Positions 59,000 to 64,000 of a stretch of 64,000 nt of DNA are shown piece after piece. The stretch comes from Macrostomum lignano. Its lineage: Eukaryota. Both the position numbers and the translations under genes were made by a program. Position 1 is the stretch's first letter. Each line of letters opens with the position of its first letter. The DNA is taken from contig NIVC01003699.1 of assembly GCA_002269645.1 (NCBI GenBank), forward strand, positions 18,054-82,053, given 5' to 3'. A model generated the notes under the pieces. That model did not search any database. It was not told where the DNA came from and was given only the letters and a program-made list of their open reading frames with translations.

Positions 59000-61900
59000 C
59001 AACAATCACAATCCCAATCTCAACAGCAGGCTCCTGTTCGGCCTTCTCGCAGTCTTCCTCGCAACGCTGATTGTGCTGGTAATTGTCTTCGCCGCGCTGT
59101 TCGCTCGGTGCAGCGGCAGCCATAGCGGTGGAGGCGGCGACAAGGGGACAGGTAAGATGCTCTTAGTCTGAGTTGTCAATCAATACAATCCTAGAGAGCA
59201 TACCACCGGTACTTAAAAAACGTTGCTCTTGCATACGAACGTAGTTTCTGCTACTGACAATACTCCTATATCTTTCTGTCCACCTATCTGTTAACCAACA
59301 CGTGTAACGTGGATCACAGAAACACCCGAATGGCGAAGAAACTGCGTCTCCGACTCCGGCACTGACATCTATCAGTACAATGCCGTCTCGTCAGACTCCG
59401 CAGTGTGCAGCACCATAGGAGATCACGTGCTCAATGTACTCGGCGGAAACGCCATGGACGCCGGAGTGGCCACGGTGCTGTGCGTCGGCGTCTCCAACTT
59501 CCACAGCGCAGGAATCGGCGGAGGCTCCTTTCTAGTTTACTACAACCGGTAGGCGCAGTTCTGTTTGTTTTACCATAATCAGTGACGGCCTATACTCGTA
59601 GAAAGTAAAGTCGTTTCCATTTCTTAATGAACACTACTCTAGCATGAGCAGTTATGCAGTCTAGCAGTCTAACATGCATATAGAAGGTTAGGGTCTTGTT
59701 TTACTCCAGACGCAAAGGCGGCATCATAGTAGGGTATGTTATTTATAGGGCAGGTTACAAAGGGGGTTGTAGCCTAGTGGTTAGAGCGTCGGACTCACGA
59801 CTTGAAGGTCTAGGGTTCGATTTTTGATCCCACAAGAACAATTTGTGTCCTTGAGCAAGACACTTAACTCTGCATTGCTTCAGTTCACCCAGCTGTAAAA
59901 TGGGTGCCAGCATTAGCTGGGGTAATTGAGGGTGTGCGTGGCGACCCCCCAGTCCTTGAACTGAACAGCCGTACGCAGCCTTCAGATGCGCCGAGCAATA
60001 GCTGCGGCTGAGCTGTCGGTTGCACATCTGCACCAATTGAGGCAGGTGTAATGAAAAAAATCAGAATATTGTTTATAAATCCAAAATGAAGTATGTATTT
60101 AAACTGGTTATTAAAACATATTTCTACAAACCTGTCTCTTGCTGCATAAGACTAAGGGGTTATACAGCGGGTTTTAGAGGAACAATAAAAAACTGACATG
60201 CCAAGCTCGCGTGCCAAACTTAAAACAGCACCTCCAAGACAGCCACTGCGTTTGACTTCCGCGAATCGGCGCCTGCCGCCGCGTACCGCGACATGTACAA
60301 CAGCACCTCCGGCCTGCCGTCGAACGCTTCCCTCTACGGCGGTCTGGCGATCGGCGTGCCCGGCGAGGTCGCCGGTCTGGCAGCGGCTCACGCGGCGCAC
60401 GGCCGCCTTCCGTGGCGCTCCGTGGTCGAGCCGGTCTCGCGAGTGCTTCGCGAGGGCCAGCGCGTGTCTCGCCCGCTGGCCGATGCCATCGCGACAGTTT
60501 ACCCGCGAGTGCCGGATGTGGCTCCATTTAAGGTGCTGAAGAACTGGATGGTCAATCCTAACACCAATAAACCGTACCGTGCCGGTGAGTTGCTGGTGGA
60601 CCACGCAATGGCCAGTACAATGGACAAGATTGCAAGCGATCCGCAATCATTCTACAACGGGAGCCTCGCTGATGACATCCTGCAGGAGGTGCGGGCGGCT
60701 GGAGGCAACATTACCAAGGATGACCTTATGGTAAAAATTAAACATGAGCGTATTAAAAATTTAATTAACCTAATATATGGCAATAGAGACCTCTGCAATA
60801 CAGTACAAAAGCAAACGATGATAAGTTAATATTTCCATCTTCAACCTAAACTGGTTTATTTTTTTCCATTCTCTATCATTCCTACATTATCACATATTTC
60901 AGAAGTACCAAACTAGGCGACTCACGCCGCTCACGGCGACCTTGCCATCGAAGGGCCTGACGCTCTACTCGCTGCCTCCTCCGAGTAGCGGAGCCGTCCT
61001 TTCTCTCATCCTCAGCATCATGGACGGCTACGCTGGAGATTCAGCAAAGGCGAGGTCGACGAAAGACGGCTACGTCAACTTTCTCCACCGTCTCGTCGAG
61101 TCGTTCAAGTTCGCTTACGCGAAGCGCTCCGGTCTGGGCGACGCAGCATTCGTGGACGTGACCGAGCTGGTGGCCAACATGACGAGCAGCAGCTACGCGT
61201 CGGAGCTTCGCAGTCGCATCACCGACGACGCCACGCACGATATCAACTACTATGGACCAATGTTCGAGTGGAAAGAGGACTCTGGCACGACTCACGTGTC
61301 TCTTGTGGACTCTGACGGCAACGCAGTTGCTGTGACTTCAACTATTAATACATAGTAAGCGACGACTCAATTGCTGTTGACTCTATAGGAACACTATTGG
61401 ACAGCTTTTAAAAGATTTTACAGAAGGTTAGCCACGAAACTTGGTTCAATTGATTCACAAGCTAGTTTTTTCACGCTACCGAACATGTCTTGCTGTCACG
61501 CACACCTGGCATCCAACTTATTTGATTCAGCTCCTAGTAATAGAAAAATCAGGACCAAATAGAAAAAAGCGTCTTATTTCAAAGAGAAATCATACCGCTT
61601 GAAAAGTTTTGAAAGACATTTGTTACTATCCACAGTTTCGGTCATTAGTTCGCGGCGAAAAGACCGGCATAGTGTACAACAACGAGATGGACGACTTTTC
61701 ACAGCCTAACAGGACCAATTATTACGGTCTGCCTCCGTCGCCCACCAACTTTATTGCGGCGAACAAGCGCCCGATGTCTTCAATGGCGCCGGTGATCGTC
61801 GTTAACGCCGATGGTCACGTCCAGTTTGTCAGCGGCGCTTCTGGCGGCTCGCGCATCACCACGGCTGTCGCTTACACGCTGGCCAGACAGCTGTACCTGA

Positions 61901-63298
61901 ATGAGACGGTCAAGGCGGCTGTGGATCCTACGACTGCATCACCAGCTGCTGCCGAATGTGCTCAACTACAATCCAGCCAAGTGCGATCCCCCTGAGGTAA
62001 GTCCGTGTTTGAAGACTCCGATTTTATGTTGGGGGAGGCAAAGCCCAAGAACTAACAACTAACTAACGATACTTATTACGTGTAGAACAACCAAGTTCCC
62101 AAATAGTTTTGGGGCGCCCCATGAACTAAATTTGGTGCTACTACTTGAAGTAATAAACACAACCTCGTAATCCATTATGATGGAGAGACAGTCAGCTTTT
62201 TCAGGTTTTGGTTCACCAAAAAAGTTACTGGAGAAATATCCCACAGTCTCATGTTTTATTCCCCGATTCTGTCTTTCACATGAATATATAATTATTTGTG
62301 CAACACAGAACATTTTAACAAACTGATATCTGTTTTAGTTTGATTTCTGGCGTAAAATTTATTCAAATAGCAGAGATGGGGACAATTTTTTGTCCATCTA
62401 ATTAAAACATAAGGCGAAGTCTTTCACATAAATGACGGATTGTTACGAGCTCGTAAGATTTCGTCAAATCTGGAAGAATCTCGTAAGATCTCGTAAGATC
62501 TCCTAGGATCTCGTAAGATTTAGTAAGATCCAGTAGGATCTCATAAGATGTCTTAGGATTTTGTAAGATCTCATAAGAGATCTCGTAAGATCTCATCAGA
62601 TCTCTTAAGATCTCTTAGAATCTCGTAAGATCTATTCAGATCTCGTAAGATCTCATAAGATTTCGTAAGATCTCTTAGAATCTCGTAAAATATCATAGGA
62701 TCGCGTCAGATCTCGTAAGGTCTCGTAATATCTCGTAATATCTCATAAGATCTCATAAGATCTCGAAAGGTCTCGTGGGATCCCGTAGTATCTCGTAGGA
62801 TCTCTTATAGTATCTCGTAAGATCTCGTAGGATATCTTTTAGTATCTCGTAAGATCTCGTAGGATATCTTGTAGTATCTCGTAAGATCTCGTAGGATATC
62901 TTGTAGTATCTCGTAAGATCTCGTAGGATATCTTGTAGTATCTCGTAAGATCTCGTAGGATATCTTGTAGTATCTCGTAAAGTCTCGTAGGATCTCGTAA
63001 ACTTAGCTTAGGTTGTAAGTTAACTTTCTAAGGACTAATTTGCTCGCAAACCATGTTAAATTATTTCAACGTGCATGGTTTTACAAGAAACTGTAGATTT
63101 CGACGTGTTTCACTGAATTAAATCCTATCAAATGAATTGAATTTTGTTGCAGAGTATCAAGCAGCGGCTACGCCAAAAAGGTCACAAGGTGCAGCCGTTC
63201 AGTTCCACCAGCGTGGTCGAAGGGATTCAGCGACTGTCAGCGGCCAGCTGCAAGCCAACGCTGACTTTCGCAAGCCGTCAAAGACCGGCGGTTTCTGA
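59000..63298 (+). CDS. GGT: Gamma-glutamyltranspeptidase (type II membrane, GGT1-like). Exons 59000-59151, 59320-59548, 60229-60730, 60903-61354, 61636-61996, 63153-63298; three apparent frameshifts; start exon not found
   Basis: N-terminal anchor LLFGLLAVFLATLIVLVIVFAALF; GGNAMDAGVATVLCVGVSNFHSAGIGGG; FDFRESAP; LAIGVPGEVAGL; autocleavage G|TTHVSLVDSDGNAVAVTSTIN (Thr at 61287); NNEMDDFS; RPMSSMAP; GASGGSRIT; RLHHQLLPN; ADFRK...GGF*. Canonical GT-AG sites. Confidence 0.93.
59761..60050 (+). mobile_element. tRNA-derived CORE-type SINE in a GGT intron
   Basis: A box TAGCCTAGTGG, B box GGTTCGATT, then GTGTCCTTGAGCAAGACACTTAACTC...CAGCTGTAAAATGGG, resembling the CORE/MIR central domain. 3' end approximate. 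Confidence 0.7.
62445..63000. repeat. Imperfect GATCTCGTAA-based repeat in the last GGT intron
   Basis: Direct reading. Confidence 0.88.
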
Positions 63299-64000
63299 TC
63301 CGATGGCATGATTTGCAATTTAGTTTCAACTTCTGCTTGGTAATCTTTAAAGACCGCGAAACAGACAACTTAAAGTGCATATGGTGCATATTTGTACGTG
63401 TATTTTCAATTTGACTTGAATACAATTTACATTTCTAGAAGGTCCATTCTGTCTGAATATTTATTGAAACAGAATACGCTTAACTACAATAATATAAATC
63501 TCTAGTATATAGCATGCCAAACTCTAGAGAGAGTTTGCATCGAAAATTTCATAGTTCATAGTGTATAGTACATACGTTCTAATTGATTATTTTATCTTGC
63601 ATCTAAGGTAAAACAGGGGCAGGGTCGTCCTTGTTCACAACTGTTAAAGAAATAATCAAGTCTAAAAATCTGAGGTTGGACTTTAACAAAAAAAACAGGT
63701 AAATGAGCCCTGTGGCTAAATTATTGCTTATATTTTAAATTAAATCGATGTTCTCTCTCTCCAACTCTCTGACTCAACAACGCCTCACGCACATCAACCC
63801 CACCCCAACACACTCTGAGACGGGACCGCCAAGTGTACACTGGCGACGCTACACATAGCAGAGGGTCGGTACGCAGGCACTCCAAATCCAATACACTCCC
63901 CCTAATGATGCTTCATCATTACAGTACTTAACATTGATATTTCGAAAAAAGAAACTCGCTATTAACTTAAATGAAATCAAACGAAACGAATAGCAAAAAA

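Noticed and set aside
59761-59835. tRNA gene inside the GGT intron
   Set aside because: The acceptor and anticodon stems do not pair and the sequence runs on into a SINE body, so it is a SINE head.
50040-63298. Functional cluster or operon linking the tRNA, two-TM ORF, Cys-rich gene and GGT
   Set aside because: Co-orientation of three genes with kb-scale, repeat-filled spacers gives no sequence evidence of shared transcription or function.

Overview
Eukaryotic (animal) genomic DNA with short GC-rich exons and introns packed with minisatellites. The style suggests a flatworm such as Macrostomum; this is an inference, not checked by any search. About 47 kb (1999-48532, minus strand) is one multi-PDZ scaffold gene of the MPDZ/PATJ family. 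I traced about 23 exons with phase-compatible splice sites, giving an L27 domain, 8 complete PDZ domains and the start of a ninth. No further exon was found in 1-1998, so the gene probably continues past the left edge. To its right are a tRNA-Ser(AGA) gene, an intronless two-TM ORF, a cluster of fold-back/direct repeats, an intronless secreted Cys-rich repeat protein of about 890 codons broken by one in-frame TAA, and a gamma-glutamyltranspeptidase gene with three apparent frameshifts. Mobile elements include two non-autonomous hAT-like elements, a CORE-type SINE and two copies of another tRNA-headed SINE. Most long ORFs in the supplied track are translations of tandem repeats. Best leads: (1) the Cys-rich repeat protein and its TAA-CTA stop; (2) the PDZ gene has no genomic in-frame ATG, which fits initiation on a spliced-leader AUG; (3) nearly every intron has its own minisatellite just behind the 5' splice site, and one array amplifies the donor site itself.
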